A stretch of DNA of 11,419 nt from contig JBDHJS010000081.1 of the NCBI GenBank assembly GCA_039586795.1, forward strand, positions 1-11,419, in the 5' to 3' direction. This document shows positions 1 through 7,245 of this stretch, in pieces. The translations under genes were made by a program, and so were the position numbers. Origin of the DNA: Gemmatimonadota bacterium. Lineage in GTDB: Bacteria > Gemmatimonadota > Gemmatimonadetes > Palauibacterales > KS3-K002. The notes below the pieces were generated by a model, which saw nothing but the letters and a program-made list of their open reading frames with translations, had not been told where the DNA came from and ran no database searches. The first letter of the stretch is position 1. Each line of letters starts with the position of its first letter.

Positions 1-1
1 G

Positions 2-733
2 GGGGTAGCCAACAATGTGCTGGGGGTCTTGAGCACGGCAAAGGCCGCGGCGGCTGCCGGCGCCGATCACTTCGTCTTCATCTCCACCGACAAGGCGGTA
101 CGACCGGTATCGGTGATGGGCGCCGCGAAGCGCATTGGCGAGATCATCATTCAATTGATGGCGATGCGTAACGACACCAACTTCAATGTCGTGCGCTTCG
201 GAAACGTGCTGGGCAGCTCGGGAAGCGTAATCCCGAAGTTCGCCGACCAGATCCGCCGGGGCCTGCCGGTGACGATCACCGATCCGAAAGTGACGCGCTA
301 CTTCATGTTGACGAGTGAGGCGGTGCAGTTGGTGATGCAGGCGGCAAGCTTGAACCGCAGCGGCGATATCTTCGTGCTCGATATGGGTGAGCCGGTCCAC
401 ATCGAAGAACTGGCACGGGACGTTGCCCAGCTCATGGGCGCGTCTCGGGATGGCGAGCTGCAGGTCGAATTCGAGTACACGGGGCTCCGACCCGGCGAGA
501 AGCTTGAAGAAGAGTTGTGTATCGAGCCTTCCGGAGAAAGCCCCACAGGTTTCGACAGCATCATGGTGGAGGGCTACCGCTCCGGGCTGAAGTGGGACGA
601 ACTGCAGGCCGGGCTCGATGTGCTGGTACTGGCGGCGCGTAACGGCCGCGTGAACGAGACACTGAAAGCGCTGGCTGACCTGGTTCCGGAATACCGGCCG
701 GTCAGCCAGCGCTATGTGGAGACACTCGGTTAG
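2..733 (+). CDS. Polysaccharide biosynthesis nucleotide-sugar 4,6-dehydratase (CapD/PglF/WbpM family, Polysacc_synt_2), 5'-truncated by the window
   Basis: Frame is open from base 2 (GVANNVLG...). Family motifs: FVFISTDKAVRP, MGAAKR (MxxxK in place of YxxxK, as in WbpM/PglF), VRFGNVLGSSGSV, VTRYFM, FVLDMGEPV, GLRPGEKLEEEL. Stop TAG at 731-733. Confidence 0.93.
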   Translation, partial: GVANNVLGVLSTAKAAAAAGADHFVFISTDKAVRPVSVMGAAKRIGEIIIQLMAMRNDTNFNVVRFGNVLGSSGSVIPKFADQIRRGLPVTITDPKVTRYFMLTSEAVQLVMQAASLNRSGDIFVLDMGEPVHIEELARDVAQLMGASRDGELQVEFEYTGLRPGEKLEEELCIEPSGESPTGFDSIMVEGYRSGLKWDELQAGLDVLVLAARNGRVNETLKALADLVPEYRPVSQRYVETLG

Positions 734-748
734 GTCAGGAGTCCTTTC

Positions 749-769
749 GCCGCCGGATCAGCCGGCGGC
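749..769. terminator. GC-rich hairpin between convergent genes (possible bidirectional terminator or 3' stabiliser)
   Basis: Perfect 8-bp stem GCCGCCGG (749-756) / CCGGCGGC (762-769) with a 5-nt loop, in the 42-bp gap between convergent stops. No U-tract on either side. Confidence 0.5.
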
Positions 770-775
770 CATGTC

Positions 776-1687
776 TCACTCTTCGTCCTTCGTCCAGATC
801 CAGGGTATCGCGCCAAGCGCTCTCAGGTCGACGGTAAGCGAGGCGTAGGGCTTCAGCTGGTTGTAGTATTGACCGGGGAATGTCTTCGTCGGGTCGAACG
901 GATCGGTCGGGTCTTGGCCCTCGGGGGCCTCTCCACGCCCGGCCGACAACAGACCGATCGCCAACTCGAGCCCCGAGAGATTGGCCATCGCGCCCAGGTT
1001 GATGTCGAAACCGTCCCACTCACCGATGAAGCGCAGGAAGGCTCGTTCCGCCGCTTGGAAGTCGAACGAGATGGCTCCGAACACGCCTGCCGTTCGAGTC
1101 TTGTCCTCGATCTGCGGGTTGTTCTCCAGGAACAGACCGGTTCCCCAGCCGCCGGAGATCGTGACCCAACTCGGGAAGCTCGTCTTTCCGGGACCAACCA
1201 CGTAGGTGAAGACGCCGAAGATCGACGTCGCCTCCCACGGGTCGTTGTAGAAATCATCCTCGATCCCGTAACGGCCGTTGTTGGCGTACGTTAGGTTCTG
1301 TACGCCCACAGCGATGGCCGGCCAGACTCCGGTCTGACGGATGATCTGGAGCTTTCCGAAGAGGCCCGGACCGTTCTTTGACCCGCCGTACGCGCCCACC
1401 TCCAGGAACTGGGCGAGGGTAATGCCGGCGGCCAAGCGAGCCACGGTGTAAGAATCCCTGGGGTCGCCTGCTGCGGGCTGATAGCCTTCCGGTGCGATGA
1501 TCGTCCCGGTGATGTACAGGGAGCTCTGCGACACAAGGGCGTGCGGGGTGACGATGTACCCCGATCCTTGCATGAGGGTATGTCCGTAGACCGGTAGCTC
1601 CGGCTCGGGACGCTGGGCCCAGGCCGGCAGAGCGGTGATGACCAAGCCGATAGCCGCAATGGCCGTCAAGCCGGTTGCTCGGCGCAT
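776..1687 (-). CDS. Secreted probable outer-membrane beta-barrel protein, YjbH/GfcD-like
   Basis: AGGAGG RBS at 1694-1699. Sec signal peptide MRRATGLTAIAAIGLVITALPAWA|Q. N-terminal GSGYIVTPHA resembles the G-x-x-G-l-i-x-x-P-t-A motif I recall for YjbH-type proteins. Many Gly/aromatic-rich alternating strands (FGKLQII, PAIAVGVQNL, VTISGGWG, FIGEWDGFDINLG). The CDS is solid; the family call is tentative. Confidence 0.55.
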   Translation of the reverse strand: MRRATGLTAIAAIGLVITALPAWAQRPEPELPVYGHTLMQGSGYIVTPHALVSQSSLYITGTIIAPEGYQPAAGDPRDSYTVARLAAGITLAQFLEVGAYGGSKNGPGLFGKLQIIRQTGVWPAIAVGVQNLTYANNGRYGIEDDFYNDPWEATSIFGVFTYVVGPGKTSFPSWVTISGGWGTGLFLENNPQIEDKTRTAGVFGAISFDFQAAERAFLRFIGEWDGFDINLGAMANLSGLELAIGLLSAGRGEAPEGQDPTDPFDPTKTFPGQYYNQLKPYASLTVDLRALGAIPWIWTKDEE

Positions 1688-1754
1688 GAGTTTCCTCCTG
1701 ACCTTATCTCCAAAAGACGGGTTAAGGCGGATGGGGGAGGGGGGCGGTGGCCCT

Positions 1755-1784
1755 AAGATAAAGCGATTAGGCCCGTTAGGTCAA
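1755..1784 (-). promoter_or_regulatory. Putative sigma70-type promoter for the beta-barrel gene
   Basis: Minus strand TTGACC (1784-1779), 18-bp spacer, TATCTT (1760-1755). The -35 lies within the palindrome AGGTC-N4-GACCT (1778-1791). Confidence 0.5.
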
Positions 1785-1807
1785 TAGACCTGAGGGGATG
1801 CTGTAAA

Positions 1808-2134
1808 TCAGGCCGGGAAAGCCAGTCCCGCGGCCTCCAACAGCTGATCCACCTCCAGGTACCATTCCTGACAGGGACCCCGCGCAAGGACCTTGTCCAC
1901 CAGCTCCATTGAGAACGAGTGGCTGGATCGATCGCGGCCACGCAGCACGGTGACCACCCACGAGGCGCTCTCGCCGTCGCCACGCCGTTCGGCGTTGGTC
2001 ACCACGAGCTCGTTCGCCGGCACGCCGCGGTCCGACAGAAGTCTAACGACGGCGCGGCTGGTCGCCCCGGTCACTCGAGCCGGTGAAGGTCCCCCATTGC
2101 GTTGCGATGTGTTGTTCGTCGCCACGATAAACAT
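1808..2134 (-). CDS. Hypothetical protein, 108 aa
   Basis: Fills the gap between the barrel gene and the co-polymerase. ATG at 2134 is preceded by CAGGAA and a well-spaced promoter. Sequence looks like a globular alpha/beta protein (AVVRLLSDRGV, SWVVTVLRG, EWYLEVDQLLEAAG). No family recognised. Confidence 0.6.
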   Translation of the reverse strand: MFIVATNNTSQRNGGPSPARVTGATSRAVVRLLSDRGVPANELVVTNAERRGDGESASWVVTVLRGRDRSSHSFSMELVDKVLARGPCQEWYLEVDQLLEAAGLAFPA

Positions 2135-2171
2135 AGGTTCCTGGGAAAACGAATTGTGGGGAAGCACCCCT

Positions 2172-2200
2172 AGAGTAGCATGTTAGGGCTCCGCAGGCAA
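2172..2200 (-). promoter_or_regulatory. Putative sigma70-type promoter with extended -10 for the hypothetical ORF
   Basis: Minus strand TTGCCT (2200-2195), 17-bp spacer ending TGC, TACTCT (2177-2172). Confidence 0.5.
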
Positions 2201-2219
2201 GGGTTTGTGGTTCAGAAGC

Positions 2220-2248
2220 TTGGCAAATCGCCTCAGGCCGCCTAGCTT
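2220..2248 (+). promoter_or_regulatory. Putative sigma70-type promoter for the co-polymerase gene (divergent partner)
   Basis: TTGGCA (2220-2225), 17-bp spacer, TAGCTT (2243-2248). Bracketed by the inverted repeat CAGAAGCT/AGCTTCTG. Confidence 0.45.
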
Positions 2249-2288
2249 CTGGCGTTGGAAGGACTTGGCGGCGGGAGGGCGCTCCGAT

Positions 2289-3431
2289 ATGACACAGTTC
2301 ACAGAGACTGAGACGCACGAGGCCAGCGGAGCCGACTGGGACGGTTCAGCCCAAACCGGCGGGTACGGCAGTTCGGGTGCGGGTGACTCAGGCGAGCCCG
2401 TCGGTCTGCTGCGACTCGCCGTTGTGCTTCTCAGGCGGTGGAAGTTGATCGTCGGATTGCCGGTCGCCGCGGCGCTCGTCACGGCTGCGATATCGTTACT
2501 GCTCACCGAGAAGTACACGGCTATCACAACGTTCGTCCCGGAAGTGGAGGAACGCGGACTTAGCTTGCCGAGTGGTCTGGCGGGAGTTGCAGCGCAGTTC
2601 GGCCTGTCGGTTCCGGGCGCCGGCGGAAACTCCCCGAGGTTCTATGCCGACGTGTTGCGGAGCCGCACGTTGCGGGACCAGGTACTCGCCGCGGGTTTCG
2701 CAGATCCGCGAACCGAAAGTGCCACCGATAGCGTGACGTTGCTCGAACTGCTGCAGGTGGAGGGTGAGTCGGAGGCGAAACTACTGGAGATGGGCCGTGC
2801 CCGATTGAAGAGGATAACCACGATCTCGGTCGACAACGAAACCAACATCGTCTCCGTTGGCGTTGAAACGCCATACCCCGAACTGTCCGCCGCCCTCGCC
2901 AATCATTACATCACACTGCTCAACTTCTTCAACTTGGAGACGCGGCGATCGGAGGCGAAGATTCGGCGTACCTTCATCGAAGGTCAAGTCGCCGCGGCGC
3001 AGAGCGAGCTCTGGAAAGCTGAGGAAGCACTCAAGGAGTTTCTCGAGCGGAACCGGCAGTACAGAGGCTCCCCCGATCTCCAGTTCCAGTACGAACGGTT
3101 GAACCGGCAAGTCTTGATTAAACAAGAAGTGCTGACCTCGCTAAGTCGCCAGTATGAAGAGGCTCGCATACACGAAGTGAACGACACGCCGATAATAACG
3201 GTCATAGACCGTGCGGTGGCGCCCGTGGAGAAGTCGAGCCCGCAGCGCAAGGCGTCGGTGATGTTGGCGTTCTTTCTTAGCAGTATGCTGGCTCTGGTCT
3301 GGGCATTCGGTGCCGACTACATGGAAGGCGCCAAACAAAGAGACAGGCACGATTTCGATGAGCTTACGTCTCAGTTGTCTTCGATCAAGGATGAGATCAG
3401 ATCGAAGCTGAGGCTGAGTCGGCGCGGCTAG
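2289..3431 (+). CDS. Polysaccharide co-polymerase / chain-length determinant (Wzz/GumC-type, GNVR-like C-terminus, no kinase domain), 380 aa
   Basis: GGGAGG RBS before ATG 2289, which is preferred over the ORF-track start 2205. N-terminal 'LLRRWKLIVG' plus TM and 'KYTAITTFVP'. 'DVLRSRTL', periplasmic coiled-coil, Pro-rich 'ITVIDRAVAPVEKSSPQR' and a second TM. No Walker A motif or Tyr cluster. Confidence 0.88.
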   Translation: MTQFTETETHEASGADWDGSAQTGGYGSSGAGDSGEPVGLLRLAVVLLRRWKLIVGLPVAAALVTAAISLLLTEKYTAITTFVPEVEERGLSLPSGLAGVAAQFGLSVPGAGGNSPRFYADVLRSRTLRDQVLAAGFADPRTESATDSVTLLELLQVEGESEAKLLEMGRARLKRITTISVDNETNIVSVGVETPYPELSAALANHYITLLNFFNLETRRSEAKIRRTFIEGQVAAAQSELWKAEEALKEFLERNRQYRGSPDLQFQYERLNRQVLIKQEVLTSLSRQYEEARIHEVNDTPIITVIDRAVAPVEKSSPQRKASVMLAFFLSSMLALVWAFGADYMEGAKQRDRHDFDELTSQLSSIKDEIRSKLRLSRRG

Positions 3432-4540
3432 CCAGCGCTTACGAAGCCTTTGTCCTTCGAGCCTTGGAGTCCATGGGCCGGGATTGCGATCAATCCCGGC
3501 CTCTTTGCATCGACCACGCCGATGACCCGGGCGTCGGGTGCGCCGGCTCCATGCAGCGCAGCTAACGCTTGGTCGGCTTGCTCAGCGCTGACGACGGCGG
3601 TGAAGCCGACGCCCATGTTGAAGACCTTGAACATCTCTCCTTTGTCGACTTGCCCTGCAGATTCAATTAAGTCGAACACGGGGTGTGGCTCGAGAAGATC
3701 GGTGATCTGGAAGCCAACATCTGATTCGATGCGCAGCAGATTCAACAAGCCGTCGCCGGTAATGTGCGCCAGTGCTTTTACATCGTGCACTGCGTCAAGG
3801 AGTGCTAGGATCGGGCGTACGTATATCCGTGTAGGTTCGAGCAGCGTCTCCCCGAGTGGTCGCCCAAGTTCGGGAACATACTCGTCCGGTGCGTAGCCTG
3901 CAGCTTCAAAAAGCGCTTTTCTTGCCAGAGTAAAACCGTTCGAGTGAACCCCGGTCGAGGCGAGGCCGATAACGACATCTCCGTCGTTAAGATCGTTGCC
4001 CACTATGATCCGGTTCAGTGGCACGACGCCAACCGCGGTCCCGACGATGTCGAACCCGGAGCCGGGCCGGACACCGCGGATCATCTCCGCTACCTGCGCC
4101 AGCTCGCCGCCAGCTATAGAGATTCCAGACTCCTCTGCTCCGCGGAGCAGGCCATCAGCAATAGCCCCCAGTGTTGCGGCGTCGACCTGTTCAACGGCGA
4201 TGTAGTCGACCATCGTAACCGGTCGAGCACCGACGCACAGAATGTCATTCACGTTCATCGCTATACAGTCGATTCCGACTGTGTCATACTTCTCGAGCAT
4301 TTCGGCGATTAGCAGTTTCGTGCCAACACCGTCGGTCGAGATGGCCAGGCCGAGGTCCGGTGCGATCTCGATCACGTTTGCGAAATGTCCTAAATCGAGG
4401 TGGACACCGCCCAGGTTCCCAGGTCCACCAGTCACAGCGAAACTCCGCCTCACGCGTTCTGCCAGCGCGCCAAGCCCCGTGTCTTCGCTCACGTCGCTCA
4501 CGCCCGCAGTGCGATAGTCCAAGCCGCGTTTACTCATCAT
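3428..4540 (-). CDS. purM: Phosphoribosylformylglycinamidine cyclo-ligase (AIR synthase), divergent / archaeal-like
   Basis: Motifs YRTAGV, STDGVGTK, GIDCIAMNVND, GARP..MVDY, GGE, GVHSNGFT, LLEPTRIYV, AHITG, EMFKVFNMGVG. Homology begins at MMSKRGLDY, so the start is ATG 4540 or 4537 rather than 4744. Confidence 0.92.
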   Translation of the reverse strand: MMSKRGLDYRTAGVSDVSEDTGLGALAERVRRSFAVTGGPGNLGGVHLDLGHFANVIEIAPDLGLAISTDGVGTKLLIAEMLEKYDTVGIDCIAMNVNDILCVGARPVTMVDYIAVEQVDAATLGAIADGLLRGAEESGISIAGGELAQVAEMIRGVRPGSGFDIVGTAVGVVPLNRIIVGNDLNDGDVVIGLASTGVHSNGFTLARKALFEAAGYAPDEYVPELGRPLGETLLEPTRIYVRPILALLDAVHDVKALAHITGDGLLNLLRIESDVGFQITDLLEPHPVFDLIESAGQVDKGEMFKVFNMGVGFTAVVSAEQADQALAALHGAGAPDARVIGVVDAKRPGLIAIPAHGLQGSKDKGFVSAG

Positions 4541-4642
4541 CTCCGCCAGGAATGGTAAGTTGGTGTTGGGCCGAAGCAGGAATCTGTCGGACACGCGGCT
4601 CCCGCACAAGCCGTCGGCGGTATCCACAGCAATAGAGTGCCC

Positions 4643-4671
4643 TTGCCTTATCCAACTATCTGCCTTAGACT
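4643..4671 (+). promoter_or_regulatory. Putative sigma70-type promoter for the exporter-sulfotransferase operon
   Basis: TTGCCT (4643-4648), 17-bp spacer, TAGACT (4666-4671), about 80 bp upstream of ATG 4750. Confidence 0.5.
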
Positions 4672-4749
4672 TACGGCGTTGAAAGGGAAACTCCCCCGTC
4701 CCCGTCTCCGGACCGGTTGGAACACCTGTCTCATCCATACACAACCACT

Positions 4750-7197
4750 ATGCTCACTAGAGTAGCGATTGTTGTGGGCGCAATTTGCGCCTTGGCGTCC
4801 CCGGCGCTTGGCCAGGCTCGTGATACGGCCACCGCGATAAGGCAACTGCAACAGCAGGTCCAGCGCGGTGAGATAACGCCCGAAGAGATTCTTGCACGCC
4901 TGGAAGCTGCTGAGATGACGGTCGATGACTTGCGACAGCGACTCGTTGATGCGGGTTATCCGGCAGATTTGCTTGACGAATACCTGAGCACGGGGGCGTT
5001 CCCAGCCGGCGTCCCGGCCCTGACTTCCGAGCAAGTCGAGCGCCTCCTCCAACGGTTGTCGATTCCGCCTCTCGGTCCGGCGGTGGATAGCCTGTACGGG
5101 CCGACCCGGGTGGCTCGGGAGATACTGGTTGATACGCTGGCCCTGCCCCTCGAGTTGGAACCCCCGGTATTCGGCCGAAGCCTGTTTGAGCGCGCGACGA
5201 CCGAGTTCGTACCCGTGACGATGGGACCCGTGCCTGCCAACTATCGGCTAGGACCTGGGGACGGGCTCGTGCTCGTCCTCACCGGGGATGTTCAGGCGAT
5301 CTATGATCTGCCCGTTACTCGTGAGGGCTTTGTCGTCATCCCAGATGTTGGTCGGGTTTCGGTCAACGGTCTCACGCTCGACCAGCTACGCAACGCGCTT
5401 TACACCTACCTTGGGCAGGTCTACTCGGGCGTTCGGCAGGGGCCTGAGGCGACGACCTTCTTTGAGGTAACCATAGGCTCGCTGCGCAGCAACCAGGTAT
5501 ACGTGATCGGCGACGTCGACCGCCCAGGCCAGTACGAGGTGACCTCGGTGTCGACGGCCCTCGATGCGCTGTATCGGTCAGGCGGTCCCACGAAGAACGG
5601 CAGTTTCCGGAACATCCAGGTCCGCCGTGGCGAAAGGGTGGTCGCCAATCTGGATGTCTACGAGTATCTGACCCGGGGCGCGGCGACGGGAGACATCACC
5701 CTCAACCAGGGTGATGTCGTTTATGTGCCGGTTCGTGGCCGGCACGTCGAGATCGCCGGCAACGTGATGCGTCCCGGCATCTACGAGCTCAAGGGTGAAG
5801 AAGGCTTGCGCGCCTTGATCGATCTGGCGGGCGGCGTGGAGCCCGAGGCGGATCTCCGCCGCGTCCAGCTCGACAGGATCGTACCTCCGGATCAACGTCA
5901 ACCGGGCGTGGGCCGCACTTTGGTCGACGTCAATGTGGCCGAACTGCTCGACACGGAGGGTGAGTTCGTGCCTATCGATCGGGGTGACAGGGTCTACGTC
6001 TTCGCGGTGGGAGAAGAGCGGCGCAACAGCGTGACACTGCGCGGCAATGTCTGGTCACCGGGCGTTTACGCGTTCAGTCCCGGCATGACACTCGGCGATC
6101 TCCTTGACCGTGCCGGCGGCGTCAAAGTCGACACTTACCTGGGGCGCGCTCAGATCTTCCGTCTCGATCCGATGGATCTGTCGCGCAGCGTCGTAGCCGT
6201 ACCGCTTACGAGTGATCTGGAAACAGAGCTGATGGAGTACGACGAGGTTGTCGTGTACTCTATCTCCGAGTTTCAGGCACGCCGCACGGTGAGTATCGAT
6301 GGCGCGGTCAACGATCCAGGCGTCTACGAGTATCGCGAGAACATGACGGTGAGAGATGTCATCCTCGAGGCCGGTGGACTAACCGAAGCCGCGTATGTTC
6401 TCGAGGCGGAAGTCGCTCGCGTCATCATGAGTCCCGAGCGACCGGGCGATCTCACCGAGATTCTCACAGTGCCCCTCGACAGCTCCTATGTCGTAAACGA
6501 GACGGACGGCCCGCGAGCTGGTCGAGAAGCCGAGTTCCTGCTCCAGCCGTATGACAACGTATTCATCCGTAGCCGCCCCGGCTTCGAGCTGCAGCGCAAG
6601 GTGACAATCACTGGTGAGGTGATGTTCCCCGGCAGCTACGCGCTCGTGAGAGAAGGAGAAGATCTGACGTCGTTGATCGAACGGGCTGGCGGCCTTACAC
6701 CTGAGGCGTATCCCGACGGTGTCCGATACTTCAGGATCGAGCAAGCGACCGGTGACCCGGAGTCTCACGTGTCACGCTTGAACGTTGATCTCACTGAGCT
6801 GCTGGACAATCCGTCAGAACGCAACCGGTTCGCCCTGATGGATGGTGATTCCATCCATATTCCGGGATACAGCCCGACGGTGCTGGTCGACGGCGCGGTT
6901 CTATATCCCACCAGTGTGATGTTCGAGCCAGGTCAGGGGCTGGACTATTACATCAGTATGGCTGGCGGCTACGCCTTCGATGCGGATAAGGGGCGTACTC
7001 GTGTCGAGTATCCGAACGGGTCTGTGGGTAACATCAACGGCTGGTTCATATTCAAGTCGAAGCCGGTACCTGAAGCCGGAAGTCGCGTGTTTGTACCGGC
7101 CAAGCCACCGGCCACGCAAGGCTCGATTGACCTCCGCAACCTGGTTGCGGTCCTCACGGCGCTCACCACGATGGTGATCGTGTTGTCGCGGAACTGA
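4750..7197 (+). CDS. Polysaccharide export protein, KpsD/Wza(OPX)-like, Poly_export domain plus six SLBB repeats, 815 aa
   Basis: Signal peptide MLTRVAIVVGAICALASPALG|Q with no clear lipobox. Poly_export motif NYRLGPGD...EGFVVIPDVGRVSVNGLTLDQL. Six beta-grasp repeats: VIGDVDRPGQY, IAGNVMRPGIY, LRGNVWSPGVY, IDGAVNDPGVY, ITGEVMFPGSY, VDGAVLYP. C-terminal hydrophobic helix LVAVLTALTTMVIVL. Confidence 0.9.
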   Translation: MLTRVAIVVGAICALASPALGQARDTATAIRQLQQQVQRGEITPEEILARLEAAEMTVDDLRQRLVDAGYPADLLDEYLSTGAFPAGVPALTSEQVERLLQRLSIPPLGPAVDSLYGPTRVAREILVDTLALPLELEPPVFGRSLFERATTEFVPVTMGPVPANYRLGPGDGLVLVLTGDVQAIYDLPVTREGFVVIPDVGRVSVNGLTLDQLRNALYTYLGQVYSGVRQGPEATTFFEVTIGSLRSNQVYVIGDVDRPGQYEVTSVSTALDALYRSGGPTKNGSFRNIQVRRGERVVANLDVYEYLTRGAATGDITLNQGDVVYVPVRGRHVEIAGNVMRPGIYELKGEEGLRALIDLAGGVEPEADLRRVQLDRIVPPDQRQPGVGRTLVDVNVAELLDTEGEFVPIDRGDRVYVFAVGEERRNSVTLRGNVWSPGVYAFSPGMTLGDLLDRAGGVKVDTYLGRAQIFRLDPMDLSRSVVAVPLTSDLETELMEYDEVVVYSISEFQARRTVSIDGAVNDPGVYEYRENMTVRDVILEAGGLTEAAYVLEAEVARVIMSPERPGDLTEILTVPLDSSYVVNETDGPRAGREAEFLLQPYDNVFIRSRPGFELQRKVTITGEVMFPGSYALVREGEDLTSLIERAGGLTPEAYPDGVRYFRIEQATGDPESHVSRLNVDLTELLDNPSERNRFALMDGDSIHIPGYSPTVLVDGAVLYPTSVMFEPGQGLDYYISMAGGYAFDADKGRTRVEYPNGSVGNINGWFIFKSKPVPEAGSRVFVPAKPPATQGSIDLRNLVAVLTALTTMVIVLSRN

Positions 7198-7245
7198 TCG
7201 GCAGTCGCACGCATAAACCGCTAGCGGGGACGAGGAACAGAGGAG

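Noticed and set aside
1667..1687. Twin-arginine (Tat) signal in MRRATGL
   Set aside because: Lacks the S/T-R-R-x-F-L consensus; it looks like an ordinary Sec n-region.
2205..2288. 28-aa N-terminal extension of the co-polymerase
   Set aside because: It overlaps the predicted promoter, and ATG 2289 has a good GGGAGG RBS.
4616..4656. ops-like GGCGGTAT and DnaA-box-like GTATCCACA / TTATCCAAC
   Set aside because: Imperfect matches; the ops-like sequence lies upstream of the predicted promoter, and there is no DnaA-box cluster or AT-rich unwinding element.
4541..4744. 68-aa N-terminal extension of PurM in the ORF track
   Set aside because: Homology starts at MMSKRGLDY; the extension is non-conserved-looking sequence that spans the divergent promoter region.
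4541..4749. Purine-related riboswitch (ZTP/pfl, guanine or PRPP class) upstream of purM
   Set aside because: No recognisable consensus by eye, only a 5-bp stem at 4596-4613. An Infernal/Rfam scan would be decisive.
2170..4766. 10-bp direct repeat CTAGAGTAGC at 2170-2179 and 4757-4766 flanking wzz plus purM (possible target-site duplication)
   Set aside because: Roughly 60 identical 10-mer pairs are expected by chance in 11.4 kb (n^2/2 divided by 4^10); one copy is inside coding sequence, and there is no transposase or terminal inverted repeat.
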